This document shows, piece after piece, positions 40,231-57,333 of a DNA stretch of 64,000 nt. This DNA is from Octopus sinensis (Eukaryota), in the NCBI RefSeq assembly GCF_006345805.1, contig NC_043011.1, positions 310,001 to 374,000 on the forward strand, read 5' to 3'. The position numbers were made by a program, and so were the translations under genes. A model generated the notes under the pieces. That model was not told where the DNA came from and made no database searches. It saw only the letters and a list, made by a program, of their open reading frames with translations. Every line of letters begins with the position of its first letter. Within the stretch, counting starts at the first letter, position 1.

Positions 40231-40447
40231 TGTATTAATATTATTATTATTATTATTATCATTATTATTATTATTGTTATTATTATTATTATTTGTATTA
40301 TTATTATTATTAATATTATTATTATTATTTGTAATATTATTATTATTATTATTATTATTATCATTTGTATTATTATTATTTGTATTATTATTATTATTAT
40401 ATTATTTTTATTTGTATTTATTATTTTTTTTATTATTATTAATTATT

Positions 40448-40481
<34 letters not shown>

Positions 40482-40579
40482 TGTATTATTATTATTTATT
40501 ATTATTATTATTATTATATTATTATATTTGTATTATTATATTATTATTATTATTGTATTATTATTATTATTATTATTAT
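39292..40579. repeat. (ATT)n array with recurrent TGT, AAT and ATC variant units
   Basis: Read directly; similar arrays at 43376-43577, 45526-46805, 47383-47825 and 48588-49240. Confidence 0.95.
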
Positions 40580-43486
<2,907 letters not shown>

Positions 43487-43508
43487 TGTATTATTTTTAT
43501 TATTATTT

Positions 43509-43540
<32 letters not shown>

Positions 43541-43577
43541 TGTATTATATTATTATTATTATTATTATTTTATTATT

Positions 43578-45522
43578 GTTAGTATTTTATTTTATAGCGT
43601 GCTTTCACTTCACTACGAGCGCAGCTCTGTGTGCCTTGGGTATGTGCTGTTGATTTGTTGTGATGCGCTGATGGTTATTGTATGGAAAGTGTTCTGCGTA
43701 GGATGTGTGCAGTGCCTAGTAGTGCAATTTTCTGTATGTTATATGTGTTTGTAAGTCCTGGTGTTTTTGTTATGTATTTGTCTGAATATTTTTTTATCAT
43801 GCCTAATGCACCTACTATGATAGGAATTGTTTCTGTTTTCAGATTCCACATTCTAGTTACCTCTATTCCAGGTCTTTGTATTTTGAGAGTTTCTCCATTT
43901 CTTTTAGAGACACGTTGTCATCAGCCGGTATTGATACATCAATTAGAAAGCATTTTTTCTTCATGATCTCTGACAACTATATCTGGTCTGTTGGCCTTAA
44001 TTTCTCTATCTGTGTGTATCGGCATATCCCAGAGTATGGTTGCTTTCTCGTTTTCTGTGACCTTTTCTGGTGTGTGCCTATACCATCTTTTTTCTGTTGT
44101 TATTCCATAATGTTGGCATAGCTTCCAATGTATGTAGGTTCCAACTCTGTCATGTCTGTGAATATATTCCTTCTTAGCCAGGACTGGGCAGCTAGAGATA
44201 ATATGATTTATTGTTTCTTGTCCATCTCCACATATTCTGCAGTTACTTGTAATATTTCTTTTCATTACATGTTTTTGGTAATTTCTGGTGGGGAGGCTTT
44301 GGTCTTGTGCTGCAATTAAAAATCCCTCTGTTTCTGCTTTGAGTCCTGAGCTTCTCAACCATTGCTGGGATTTTTCTTTGTCTTTTCTTTTGCGTTTAGT
44401 TTAGTGCAGTATTTACCATGAAGGGGCTTTTCTTGCCATCGTTTTATCATGGCTCGTTGCTGTCTATTTTTAGTTTGGATTTCATTTGTTTTATAGCTTT
44501 TGTTGTTTCTTCATCATCTTCTTCTTCTTCTTGTGTTTATTAGGTGGTATGATTTCTTGTTGTATTTGTCAGCTTCCTTAAATACTGAGAACAGTTTTGT
44601 TTTGCTCGTGTTTTTGCTGCTATCTGGATCAGTTTTCCTTCCTTCTGAAGTAGGTATTTTTGCAGTCCTATGGTGGTTATTTTATAGTAGTTTTCCAGCT
44701 GTATAAGGCCTCTATCACCTTCTATACGTTGTATATATAGTCTTTCTATGTCAGATTTTGGGTGATGCATCCTAGATACTGTCAGTATTTTTCTTGTTTT
44801 CCTATCTATTTTGGACAGTTCATTTCGTGTCCAGTTAAGGATATTGTAGCTGTAACTTATAACTGGGACAGCTAAAGTGTTGATACCTATTATCTTGTTT
44901 TTAGCATTGAGCTCTGTTTTTAGTATTGATCTAACTCGTCTATAATATTCTTTTTTTATTTTCTCTTTCATTTGTGTGTGTGTGTCTTATCTAGTTCATG
45001 GATTCCTAAGTATTTGTAAGTTTGGCTTTGGTCTAATTCTTTTATTTCATTGGTTTTATCTAGTGTGATGTTGTTACTCTTAACTAGTTTTCCTCTTTTC
45101 ATGGTTACTTTGGCGCATTTTCTAATCCAAATTTCATATCTATTTCTTTGGTAAATCCATGAACTGTCTTTAATAGTGTTTCCAGCTGTTTGTCATTTGC
45201 AGCGTATAGTTTTAGGTCATCCATATATAAAAGGTGGCTGATCGTTTTGCCGTAACATTTATATCCGCATCCAGTTCTATTTAGCATATCAGATAGAGGT
45301 GACAGTGCCAAGCAGAAAAGGAGTGGAGAGAGCGTGTCTCCCTGGAATATTCCTCTTCTAATGGGGATGTCTTTGGTTTTCATGAATCCTTCTTTTGTTT
45401 GGAGGTGTAGGACTGTTTGCCATTTATTCATAGAGTGCTCTATGAATTTTATGATTGTTGGTGCTACTTTGTTAATGGCTAGTGTTTCGAGGATCCATGT
45501 GTGGGGGATGCTATCAAACGCC

Positions 45523-45525
<3 letters not shown>
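43578..45525 (-). mobile_element. R4/Dong-clade element B, 5' truncated within RT
   Basis: RGIFQGDTLSPLLF, LYMDDLKLY; CRIC..ETINHIISSC..RHD..NRPDIVV; IGALG. Confidence 0.92.
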
Positions 45526-45554
<29 letters not shown>

Positions 45555-45603
45555 TGTATTATTATTATTATTATTATCATTATTATTATTATTATTATTA
45601 TTT

Positions 45604-45638
<35 letters not shown>

Positions 45639-45639
45639 T

Positions 45640-45695
<56 letters not shown>

Positions 45696-45696
45696 T

Positions 45697-45731
<35 letters not shown>

Positions 45732-45744
45732 ATTATTATTATTT

Positions 45745-45786
<42 letters not shown>

Positions 45787-45860
45787 TATTATTATCAATA
45801 TTATTATTATATTATTTTATTATTATTATTTGTATTATTATTATTATTATATTTGTATTA

Positions 45861-45907
<47 letters not shown>

Positions 45908-45916
45908 TGTATTATT

Positions 45917-45947
<31 letters not shown>

Positions 45948-45965
45948 TTATTATTATTATTATTT

Positions 45966-46000
<35 letters not shown>

Positions 46001-46002
46001 TG

Positions 46003-46033
<31 letters not shown>

Positions 46034-46130
46034 ATCATTATTATTATTATTATTATCATTATTATTATTATTATTATTTGTAATATTATTATTATTATTA
46101 TTTGTATTATTATTATTATTATTATTATTA

Positions 46131-46210
<80 letters not shown>

Positions 46211-46211
46211 T

Positions 46212-46243
<32 letters not shown>

Positions 46244-46258
46244 GTATTATTATTATTT

Positions 46259-46292
<34 letters not shown>

Positions 46293-46372
46293 CATTATTA
46301 TTATTATTATTATTATTATTTGCATTATTATTATTATTATTATTATTATTTGTATTATTATTATTATTATTT

Positions 46373-46403
<31 letters not shown>

Positions 46404-46444
46404 CATTATTTTTATTATTATTATTATTTGTATTATTATTATTA

Positions 46445-46479
<35 letters not shown>

Positions 46480-46585
46480 TGTATTATTATTATTTTTATT
46501 ATTATTATTATTATTATTTGTATTATTATTATTATTAATATTATTATTATTTGTATTAATATTATTATTATTATTATTATTATTA

Positions 46586-46616
<31 letters not shown>

Positions 46617-46652
46617 TGTATTATTATTATTATTATTATATTATTATTATTT

Positions 46653-46690
<38 letters not shown>

Positions 46691-46691
46691 T

Positions 46692-46729
<38 letters not shown>

Positions 46730-46739
46730 TATTATTACT

Positions 46740-46783
<44 letters not shown>

Positions 46784-46805
46784 TATTATTATTATTATTA
46801 TTATT

Positions 46806-47382
46806 GAGTGAGAGAGCAGTTCATGCCATCAAAGTGACACTGGGGTAAAATATACGAAGCCCAATTTACCCATCATGACTACCCGTCTGATAAAGGTACA
46901 CCAGGCACATGCATCACAACCATATGTGCGCGACATGGTGATCTCATATCAAGATAAACAGCACATGACCTTGCAGGTGGGTCCCAGTTAGAATTTTCTT
47001 CAGGTTGAGTAGCCCATCCCGCTCAAACGGTCCCTGAATAAGGGTTGTTTAAGGATGTTGAAAGAACCACCCATGTTTCCAGAGGTGAACTATTCAAACC
47101 CCAAAGAATCCCTCTCAACACATGGCTATGATGCTCCCCCACTACTTCTGCTCGTGATCAGAGATGCACATATCGTCAGCCACTAAGGGACATGCTCAAC
47201 TGGTTAAGGTCAAACAACTGACAAGCAAATCTGTGGTATTGAGCAGAATATTTGCTGTAGCCCATCTTTTATACCAAGACAAAACAATGTACATGATAAC
47301 ACTTCCAATCAGTTCAGATCAGAAGCCATGAGAGCCACTGCCTGGTACTTCATCAGGGCATTTATTTCATCAGGGCATTTAT
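46806..47382 (-). mobile_element. Second copy of the ~550-bp (AAT)n-embedded element
   Basis: Reverse complement of 8357-8904; terminal 17-bp tandem duplication TTCATCAGGGCATTTAT at 47349-47382. Confidence 0.85.
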
Positions 47383-47403
47383 TATTATTATTATTATTAT
47401 TTG

Positions 47404-47434
<31 letters not shown>

Positions 47435-47447
47435 ATTATTATTATTT

Positions 47448-47485
<38 letters not shown>

Positions 47486-47496
47486 TATTATTATTT

Positions 47497-47533
<37 letters not shown>

Positions 47534-47535
47534 CA

Positions 47536-47579
<44 letters not shown>

Positions 47580-47596
47580 TAATATTATTATTATTT

Positions 47597-47631
<35 letters not shown>

Positions 47632-47633
47632 TT

Positions 47634-47725
<92 letters not shown>

Positions 47726-47783
47726 TGTATTATTATTATTATTATTATTATTATTTGTATTATTATTATTATTATTATTATTT

Positions 47784-47825
<42 letters not shown>

Positions 47826-47826
<1 letters not shown>

Positions 47827-48587
47827 TTTTTTTTTCTTCTTTCAAATTTTCTTCCATTTCTTGCCGAGTGTCTTCCCGACTCCTAGGGCAAAGAAACTCA
47901 TAGTGTATATTGGTAGGCCATTAAACCAAACTCAGTAGTTCGTTCATTTTTTTTTTTTTAAGTTAAATTAAAATACATGAGCAGCAACAGTTCTCACATC
48001 GACAATGCTCTTCTCAATACGTGTGATGTACCAGTTAAGACAATCTTTTGCACTTCTTGCAGGGATGGTAAGCCAGGGATCATTCTCATATAATTTTCGG
48101 TTCCCTTCTTGATCATTCCTAGTGCTCCTACGATCACTGGTATTGTAACCGCTTTGAGATGCCACATTTTCTCAATTTCAATGAGTAGGTCTTTATATTT
48201 TCTGAGCTTGTCAAACTCTTTCGCTGAGATATTATGATCACAGGGGATGCTCATGTCGATCAATAAGCAAACTTTATTGTTTTGGTCTTTCGCAACAATA
48301 TCTGGTTTATTGGCCTTGATGGTTCGGTCTGTATGTATTGGAAAGTCCCACAGAATCGTTACATTTTCTCCTTCAGTTACAGCCTCAGGGTGGTGATTAT
48401 ACCACTTGTCGGCAGTTTTGATATTGTAATGCCGACTTATTAGCCAGTGGAGATATTGGCCAACTCTGTCATGTCTTAATTTATACTCCACTGGTGCTAA
48501 GACTTTACATCCAGAGATTAGGTGGTCCACTGTTTCAATCATGTCGTTGCAGAATCGGCATTTTGGGTCTGCTCCATTTTTCATCAC
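47826..48587 (-). mobile_element. R4/Dong-clade element C, RLE domain plus 3' UTR only
   Basis: Uninterrupted 197-aa frame: CRFC..HLISGC..RHD..NKPDIV..LIDMSIP..KYKDL..IVGALG. Confidence 0.92.
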
Positions 48588-48636
48588 ATTATTATTATTA
48601 TTATTATAATTATTATTATTTGTATTATTATTATTA

Positions 48637-48698
<62 letters not shown>

Positions 48699-48703
48699 TT
48701 TTT

Positions 48704-48735
<32 letters not shown>

Positions 48736-48792
48736 TGTATTATTATTATTATTATTATTATTATCATTATTATTATTATTATTATTATTATC

Positions 48793-48827
<35 letters not shown>

Positions 48828-48851
48828 GTAATATTATTATTATTATTATTT

Positions 48852-48891
<40 letters not shown>

Positions 48892-48935
48892 TTGTATTAT
48901 TATTTGTATTATTATTAATATTATTTGTATTATTA

Positions 48936-48967
<32 letters not shown>

Positions 48968-48968
48968 T

Positions 48969-49000
<32 letters not shown>

Positions 49001-49064
49001 TGTATTATTATTATTATTATTATTATTATTTGTATTATTATTATTATTAATATTATTATTATTT

Positions 49065-49096
<32 letters not shown>

Positions 49097-49140
49097 TGTA
49101 TTTTTATTATTATTATTATATTATTATTATTATTATTATT

Positions 49141-49175
<35 letters not shown>

Positions 49176-49179
49176 TGTA

Positions 49180-49236
<57 letters not shown>

Positions 49237-49619
49237 TATATATGGATATAGGTTTATATAAACATTTATTCTTACGCATGCAAATGAGAGAATGGAGAAC
49301 ATGGAATGATGGGACAAGAATATTAACCTATTGAGACTTAAGTCTAATTATGCGTAGCAGAATGACATATTCACAATATTAAAAGCTAAAAGGTTTCAAA
49401 ATACAGGCATTCCTCCAAGTATGTTTGGTTCTATAAATTTTCCAAACTGTAAAATGGAATTTATGACTACACGATCTAAGGATGATAGTTGATTCCCTTA
49501 TACATAACCAGCATCTATTCAAACTAGCGCTATAATATATCTTCTTGTCGATATATTGTTATATTACATATATTATATATTATATATCGATATAAATCAA
49601 AGAGAGGTTATCTTCATTA

Positions 49620-50615
49620 CTTAGGAAAATAACTAGAGATGGTGATAGAAAGAGAATCTAACAAGATCTGGAAATGTCGTACATGAAAGAATTTGAAATG
49701 GTGACGACATGCCAAATAAAGAAGTTTATGAATCTCAAAGGTCAGAGAATGAAGACTGAAATCCGTCACCCACCTGTGAAAGCAGTAATTAATGTAAGTA
49801 TCCCACACCTAGAAAGCTCTGAAGAAGCAGTACTAAACAAAGGTCTCAACTTTGTGACAACCATCAAGCGCATTCAATAGCCCCTATTGAAGATATAGCC
49901 ATAAAGATATCAAAAGCTCAGTGAGATGAACTAAGATGGAAAGTGAGACAGCTACAAGAAAAAGTGAAACTTCTCAAACCAAACGTCACTAAGGAAGAAA
50001 CATTCGCTATCAAAAGACTACAGAGAGACAATTCCATCATAATTATTCCAGCAGACAAGGGAAATGCTACAGTCTGACTACTCGGAAAACTGGCAATCTT
50101 ATAAGCTACAGCAAAGAAAAACCCAACTCTGAAAACAGAGAGGAAGTTGTCACAGATCTTGATCAAGAACAAGGATCGCTTTAAACCAATGAAGTACAGA
50201 CAACTGACTCAACACTACAGTAAACCTTTACTACCACACATGTACAGTCTTCCTAAGATTCACAAGGACGGTATTCCATTAAGTTTTATAGTGAGCTGTA
50301 GAGGTTCAGCATGTCATCCACTGAACCACTTCCTTGTGTATATAATCAGTCCATTAGCAGGAAAGTCAACATCGTAAATGAAGAATTCAACCCACATCAC
50401 AGAATTGATCAACGATACACCCACTGAATCCAACCAGATGGTGAGTTTAGATGTGATAAGTCTGTTCACCAAAGTCTTAACTGGATAAGCACTATCGGTG
50501 ATTCAAGAAAAACTAATGACAGACACCGATCTAAAAGAACGCGCTAGTATACCTATAAAAAGCTTGATGGAAATGCTGACCTTCTGTGGAGAAACTACGT
50601 ACTTCAGTATGGACA
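49620..50615 (+). mobile_element. Penelope-like RT fragment
   Basis: VLNKGLNFV, IIIPADKGNATV, YSLPKIHKDGIPL and MVSLDV.SLFT motifs, with stops and frameshifts. Confidence 0.85.
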
Positions 50616-50644
50616 CATATATATCGAGAAGAAGATATATTATA

Positions 50645-50905
50645 GTGCTAGTTTGAAGAAGAAAGTGTTGTTTTCCAGAATAAGTCTGACTGAGTCTAAT
50701 ATGAATGTCACTGTTAATCTGTTGGGAATTGCTTCTCTATGTTTATTTACCCAGTATATGATCGCCTTTATTCCTAAATCATGTGGGATATTGGTGTAAA
50801 GGCTTACTACATCAAAGCTTAGTAGGATTGAATTTGTTTCTGTGGTTTTGGGAAGATGGGATAGAAAATCGATGTCATCCCGTATGAAGCCGGGTATGTA
50901 GGTAC
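50645..50905 (-). mobile_element. Second Penelope-like RT fragment (different family)
   Basis: PGFIRDDIDFL..LLSFDVVSLYTNIPHDLGIKAI..LILENNTFFF. Confidence 0.8.
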
Positions 50906-51454
50906 ATGTGGGATGACGTCAGCAGCTGGGGAGCTGACCGGAAATTTTAAATTAACAGATAGTTTAATTCTTGTTCAACATCTTAACCAAATGACTCATC
51001 TGTGTACTTTGATCTTAACATGGGGCTCCTCAACCGCAGAGGTACCACGTGACCACAGGGGTTGCAGGAGCTTATTGATGGCTCTGCTGGAAAGAGATAC
51101 TAATGTAAAAAAATTATAGAAAACTTTTTCATTGATCTCGGTTGTTAACGGCTAGTGTTCAGCTGAATATACCGGCAAGATGTAACAATATTTTAAAATT
51201 TTCATCATAGGAGAATCTAGCTGATGAGGACTAATCAAATTTATGATAACAACCGTATTTTGGAAAGTCTGATACTCAGGTTCGAGATTATCTATTTTGG
51301 GTTCATTTTTATGATGTTCTGTCAAAAAGTAGGACAAAACTTACTTTTTAAGTTCGCTGCCCACATACATCTTTGCCAGTATATATTTCATTGAAGCTTT
51401 ACATAGATATCGTTGTAGACTGCTATTTCCAGTATATTTCTTATTTCTTGTCTC

Positions 51455-51972
51455 TCTCTCTCTATATATATTATATAAAATCTGTTCTGTGTGTGTGTGT
51501 GTGTGTCTTCTAGGATCTCGGACATCCTCCATCTGACTGCGCTCAAATTTGATACGTAGATACCGACGGTATCAGGGTGTGTATAAGTCTTGAAAAAATT
51601 ACAAAAATCGATTCCAGGTGAGAATGCAATCGATAAAGCCGTGGGAACGTGCATTTGTACGTGCAAGTACATCAGCTGTTGCAATCGATACTACACGTAT
51701 GCGAGAAAAATGCACGTGCAGTTTGCCCAAAAAAAGCTGGCTGGCTTGAAATAATGCCACAAAATGCTGTATATCTAAGAGACCAAAAAAGTAAGATGCA
51801 AAAGAAATATTTTCTTCAAACTTGGCATGAAGGAAGGAAAGACTATTTGGTTTCTCAAGAAACAAAACCAAACATTTTATTGAAATAAAAGGCATGCTTA
51901 ATTATTTTTTAATGAAAATTTTTGAGAAAATTTGGTTTAAATGTTTGACACCTCACCACCGTGTGTTTGCTC

Positions 51973-51975
<3 letters not shown>
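51455..51975 (+). mobile_element. Possible non-autonomous Helitron/Helentron-like element
   Basis: TCTATATATATTATATAAAATCTG plus (TG)n start and a GCTCGT end resemble DINE/Lep1-type elements; no TIR or TSD seen. Confidence 0.4.
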
Positions 51976-52031
<56 letters not shown>

Positions 52032-52329
52032 AAGTAACAAACAAGGTAATTGAGGAAAACTTTAATAATAATGCTGAATACTATAATGATGCCCTTTAAA
52101 AGCAGTATATTGTAATAAGAATGGGAACTACAACAAATCTTATTATGCTAATGGAAAACTGACTGACAACAAATGAATTGGATACTTTTCTACTATTAGT
52201 AGAAAAGTATCCAATTTATTTGTAAATAGTAATGATATAATTAACAATGGCATTAATATTAATAAGAACAAGATAGTAAATATAACTGGAATAAAAATAA
52301 ATATTTAAATAAACTTAGGTCTAATGATA

Positions 52330-52690
52330 ATGAATATACACCAACCCAAATACACCCAATGATGTTAAGTATAATGAAGATGATTATATTTGGTCTTTCC
52401 TTCCTTATTCACGACAAATAAAAATGAATCTGGTCAAGCTATTTTACAGATCTATATCTAAGCACTTTAATAAAGAACATAAATATCATAAAATAATAAA
52501 TAATAAAGGATTAGGATAGTTTTTTCAGTATCTAAAAATTTGCTTAGAATTATATCCTCCTTTAATATTAAAAGTTTAGACAATTTTTACAATAAAAGAA
52601 AAAATAATAATTATATTATAGATAATGATCTAGCTAGAAACTGTGATTGTAGACATAAGAATAAATGTTTCTTTAATAATTTTTACAGAA
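52330..52690 (+). mobile_element. Old Penelope-like C-terminal relic
   Basis: KLFYRSISKHFNKEHKYHKII..IISSFNIKSL..NCDCRHKNKC resembles the linker between RT and GIY-YIG. Confidence 0.55.
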
Positions 52691-52844
52691 CAATATCGTA
52701 TATAGATGTAGGGTGGAATCAGAATGAAAAAAATATTTTTACATAGGGTCTATGGAAAATTTTATTAAAAAATGGATAGCAATTAAAAAATTAAAAAATG
52801 GATAGTATGTATCCATTTATACGTGTACATGCATGTGTATATAT

Positions 52845-53046
52845 TCTTTTAATCTTTCATTTGTTTCAGTCATTTGACCAGCCATGCTGGAGCACCGCTT
52901 TTAGTCGAGCAAATCACTCCCAGGACTTATTCTTTCTAAAACTTATTCTGTTGTTCTCTTTTGTTGAACCGCTAAGTTACGGGGATGTAAACACACCAGC
53001 ATAGGTTGTCAAGCGATGTTGGGGGGACAAAGACAGACACACAAGG

Positions 53047-53142
<96 letters not shown>

Positions 53143-53176
53143 AAATAAATAAATATATATATATATATATGTATAA

Positions 53177-53225
<49 letters not shown>

Positions 53226-53372
53226 GGGCTTCTTTCAGTTCCCTTCTACCAAATCTATTCACAAGGCTTTGGTCAGCCTGAGTCTATAGTAGAAGACACT
53301 TGCCCAAGGTGCCACACAGTGGGACTGAACCCGGAACCATGTGGAACCAGGCTACTTACCACACAGCCACCC
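52845..53372 (-). mobile_element. SINE family B with expanded internal (TA)n
   Basis: GGTTCAGTCCC B box, CTTGGGCAAGTGTCTT, tail CCAGCATGGCTGGTCAAATGACTGAAAC. Confidence 0.9.
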
Positions 53373-53593
53373 CTAACTATATATTTGTGTATATGCATCT
53401 AAGTGCTTGTATACATGGGTATATGTTGTTTTGTATTTATCTGATGCCATCGATATGTCGTTAGGCATATGTATGTTTTTGAGCGTGTATATATGGATAT
53501 ACATATGGATATATATATATGTATATATATGGATATGTACATATGTATATTTGTATAGATGTGTGTGAATGTATGTATATATGTATATATATG

Positions 53594-53945
53594 TAAAGGG
53601 TAAAGGGGGTAAAGACCCCCTTCGGTCATGAATAACCATGGGATTGCACCTAGAAAGTTACCCTCCTAGACACAAGTCCGGGCAATGTTGTTTATGGAAG
53701 ACCAGCAGTCGCCCATGCATACCAGCCTCCCCTCTCCATGCCACTAGTGTTATCCAAGGGAAAGACAAAGGTCGATACAGCTTGGCACCAGTGACGTCGC
53801 AACTCATTTCTACAGCTGAGTGAACTGGAGCAACGTGAAATAAAGTGCTTTGCTCAAGAACACAACACGCAGCCCAGTCCGAGATTCGAGCTCACAACCT
53901 CACGATCGTAAGCTCGACGCTCTAACCACTGAGCCATGCGCCTTC
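53594..53945 (-). mobile_element. CORE-type SINE family D, full length
   Basis: Head GAAGGCGCATGGCTCAGTGGTTAGAGCG; tail GACCGAAGGGGGTCTTTACCC followed by short CCTTTA repeats. Confidence 0.9.
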
Positions 53946-54399
53946 ACACATATATATATATATGTCTATGTATATATGTATATATGTGTGTATATATATA
54001 TGTTTCTGTGTGTGTGTATATGTATATATGTATGTGTATGTATATATAGGTGTGTACGTATATATCTGTATATATATGAATGTGTACATGTATCTATGTA
54101 TATGTGTGTATATGTATTTATATGTATATATTTGTATGTGTATGGGTATGTGAAACTTTATATATGTGTACAGGTATGTCTATGGAAGTCTCTATATTCA
54201 TATGTATGTATGTATATGTGTGTATATCATTTATTGTTAATGCAGGTATATGTGTGCATATATATGTATGTGAATGTATATACATGCATGTATGTATGTG
54301 TTTATATATATGCATGTGTGTGTATATATGTGTATGTATGTATATATATATATGCGAATGTATGTGTGTACATGTATATGTGTGTATGTGTGTGAGTAT

Positions 54400-54900
54400 A
54401 TTCCTGACACATGGGAATGTATAGCTATTGATCGTAGCAGGTGGAGAAGGATTGTGCACGAGGGGACAACCACTTTTGAGAAATCTCAAGTTGCACATGA
54501 GAAAGTAAGGATGAATGTCAGTAAGGGCATCGCTGTTACGTCTGTGCAAGACCCTGCCTCAGTAAAGCTGGACTCAAGAGTCATCTTCGTAGTCATATAG
54601 CGAGACAGATGAGTGACAACTGGCCACTGGTGGTGGTGTAACACACCATACTAATCATATCTGTCGGGCATATGGAAGAGAGTGTAATTCGGCAGGAGGA
54701 CTTAAACAACATGCAAAGGTACATGAAGCCCAGTTACAACTACAGCCGGCTATTACCGGTAAAGGTATTAGTTGCCAATCCTGTACAAGATATTGTAGAT
54801 CTTTAGCTGGGCTAAAAAGTCACATTTGATCACAGCACCAGTAACAGTTAAGCCTCGTGCAATGGCCAAACTCGATAATGAGGGGGCAGCCATCATCATC
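54400..54900 (+). mobile_element. RTE LINE 3' end with three C2H2-type fingers
   Basis: WECIAIDRSRWRRIV; CYVCARPCLSKAGLKSHLRSH; CRAYGRECNSAGGLKQHAKVH; CQSCTRYCRSLAGLKSHI; (CAT)n tail. Confidence 0.85.
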
Positions 54901-55205
54901 ATATATATATGTGTGTGTGTGTCTGTGTGTGTAGATATGTATATATTTGAGCTTTGTCATCTCAATGTTAACTCCATTTGGAAAATTGATTATCAGTCGA
55001 CCAATTCTGAATTGCCTCATTTTAGTGCATATTCTTGTAGTTACTGTTAAATTTATCATTATATTAGTATTTAATATTAATTACATATCATATTAAGATG
55101 TCCTCATTATACTAAATGAATGGGGGTATAAATACATTTAATTAATTTATTAATTAATTGATGATAATTATAATAATAGTTTCGTTTGACTTACTAAATA
55201 GATTT

Positions 55206-55392
55206 AATCATCATCATCATCATCATCGTTTAGCGTCCGCTTTCCATGCTAGCATGGGTTGGACAGTTGAACTGGGGTCTGGGAAACCAGAAGGCTGCAC
55301 CAGGCCCAGTCTGCTCTGGCAATGTTTCTACGGCTGGATGCCCTTCCTAACGCCAACCACTCTGTGAGTGTAGTGGGTGCTTTCTACGTGCA
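55206..55392 (-). mobile_element. SINE/LINE 3' fragment with (GAT)n tail
   Basis: GGCGTTAGGAAGGGCATCCAGCCGTAGAAAC..GCATGGAAAGCGGACGCTAAACGATGATGA, recognised as a retroposon 3' end; family not assigned. Confidence 0.6.
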
Positions 55393-55740
55393 ATAACCAA
55401 AATGATAATTAGTATAGTATTATATATTTTATAAATTGTATTCTTAGTAGGACAATGTTGCTTATTACTTCTGAAAGTATTGATAGAGTTTGGATATGCA
55501 TGGTCCCCCAACTTGTAAATAAGGACATTGATTATTTCACGAAGGACAGCCCTTAATACTTGTTTGGTTCATATTAATGATTTCTATCGATTCACTAAAT
55601 TCTTCCTTCCATAACAACATTATTTAAGTAACTTCAAATCTGATTACCCCTAAAAATTAGTAAATTTGATTTCCATTACTATAGCCTAAATAGATATCTA
55701 TGGGATTCTTTGGTTATAGCATTTACAGCCTTGAGTTTAT

Positions 55741-56150
55741 ACTCTTTACTCTTTTACTTGTTTCAGTCATTTGACTGCGGCCATGCTGGAGCACCGCCTT
55801 TAGTCGAGCAAATCGAGCCCGAGACTTATTCTTTGTAAGCCCAGTACTTATTCTATCGGTCACTTTTGCCGAACCGCTAAGTGACCGGGACGTAAACATA
55901 CCAGCATCGCTTGTCAAGCAATGCTAGGGGGACAAACACAGACACACAAACACACACACACACATGCATATATATATATACATATATACGACAGGCTTCT
56001 TCCAGTTTCCGTCTACCAAATCCACTCACAAGGCATTGGTCGGCCCGGGGCTATAGCAGAAGACACTTGCCCAAGATGCCACGCAGTGGGACTGAACCCG
56101 GAACCATGTGGTTGGTTAGCAAGCTACTTACCACACAGCTACTCCTGCTA
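55741..56150 (-). mobile_element. SINE family B, full length
   Basis: High similarity to the copies at 52.8 and 59.9 kb. Confidence 0.9.
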
Positions 56151-56770
56151 CTCCTTCGTGTTTGTTACAGAATTCTCCTTACGATAAATTAAGTAAAGAA
56201 AGAAAATTTTTATTAGATTTCTATTCATATCTACTACGGAATTAGGCAATACTTCCTTTTGTGCCCCACAAACACCCCTTTTTTTATTTATCTTTTTCTA
56301 CACAAACCCCCATTTTCGTCTATGGAGAATAGAAATCTGAAAAAAATGTGGCAAAAATCGGCATTTTGAAATTACCCCTCTCCCCTCATTTCTTCGTTTT
56401 AAACTTTTTTCAGAATTTTTTTTGGTCAAAATGTGGTAAAATATGGAGATTACGATTCTGAAAAAAATGAAGAAATTGAGGTGTGGAAGGGGGCGGACAG
56501 AAATTTCAAAATTCTGATTTTTGGCAATTTTCCAGAAGCTTTGAAGAAAGAACTGTTAAAATTGAATGGCAAAATCTTGCACTATGAATAAGCACTAGGT
56601 AAAATTACTACCTGCTTTTATAGCAAGTTGATACAGGTAGTTTATCCCATTCCCCTCCAACTTTTAGTTTGTGCAATTGAAAAAAACCCACATTATTTAT
56701 GGTATTACCCAATATATATATATACATACATTAATGTATATATATAGATATGTAAGTATGTAATATATGT

Positions 56771-56805
<35 letters not shown>

Positions 56806-57333
56806 AAAAAAGGTTTGAAAATGCAATTTAAACGATGTTTATTTACTTAACGGGTTTCACTCTTTGGTAAAAGATTGTCAAAAGTTACATTTAAGGAAAC
56901 ATTGAATAATATGGGTTCAAAAAAAGTTTTTTACATAATTGTCACATTGAATATTATGCATTCAAAAAAGTTTTTTACATAATTGTCACATTGGATATTA
57001 TGAATTCAAAAATGTTTTTTTATACATAATTGTCACATTACATGTATAAATATAGTGTTTCGTAACAGAGAAGTTCAATAGTGTGATGAGAATATTTGGG
57101 AAAATTTGGCAGAAAAGGATAAAACAAATATATTATTGGGAATTGGTTGCGTTAATTATTGGTTGTCGCAAATTGTCACATTACATGTATATATATACAA
57201 TCTTTGGTATATATATACAGCCTTTTGACAGCAAAAATTAAAATGGATTTTTTATACATCTCAGAATATTTTAAGTACAAGGCGAGAATATGTTTTTACT
57301 GACCTGTCGGTATTAGCAGAAAGGCTGAACTGA

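Noticed and set aside
51019-51156. Possible degenerate hAT MITE
   Set aside because: TIR match is weak and there is no TSD.
51152-51440. Minus-strand splice-like signals (GTAAGT..TTTTTGACAG)
   Set aside because: The implied intron is only 26 nt and the flanking peptides are unrecognisable.
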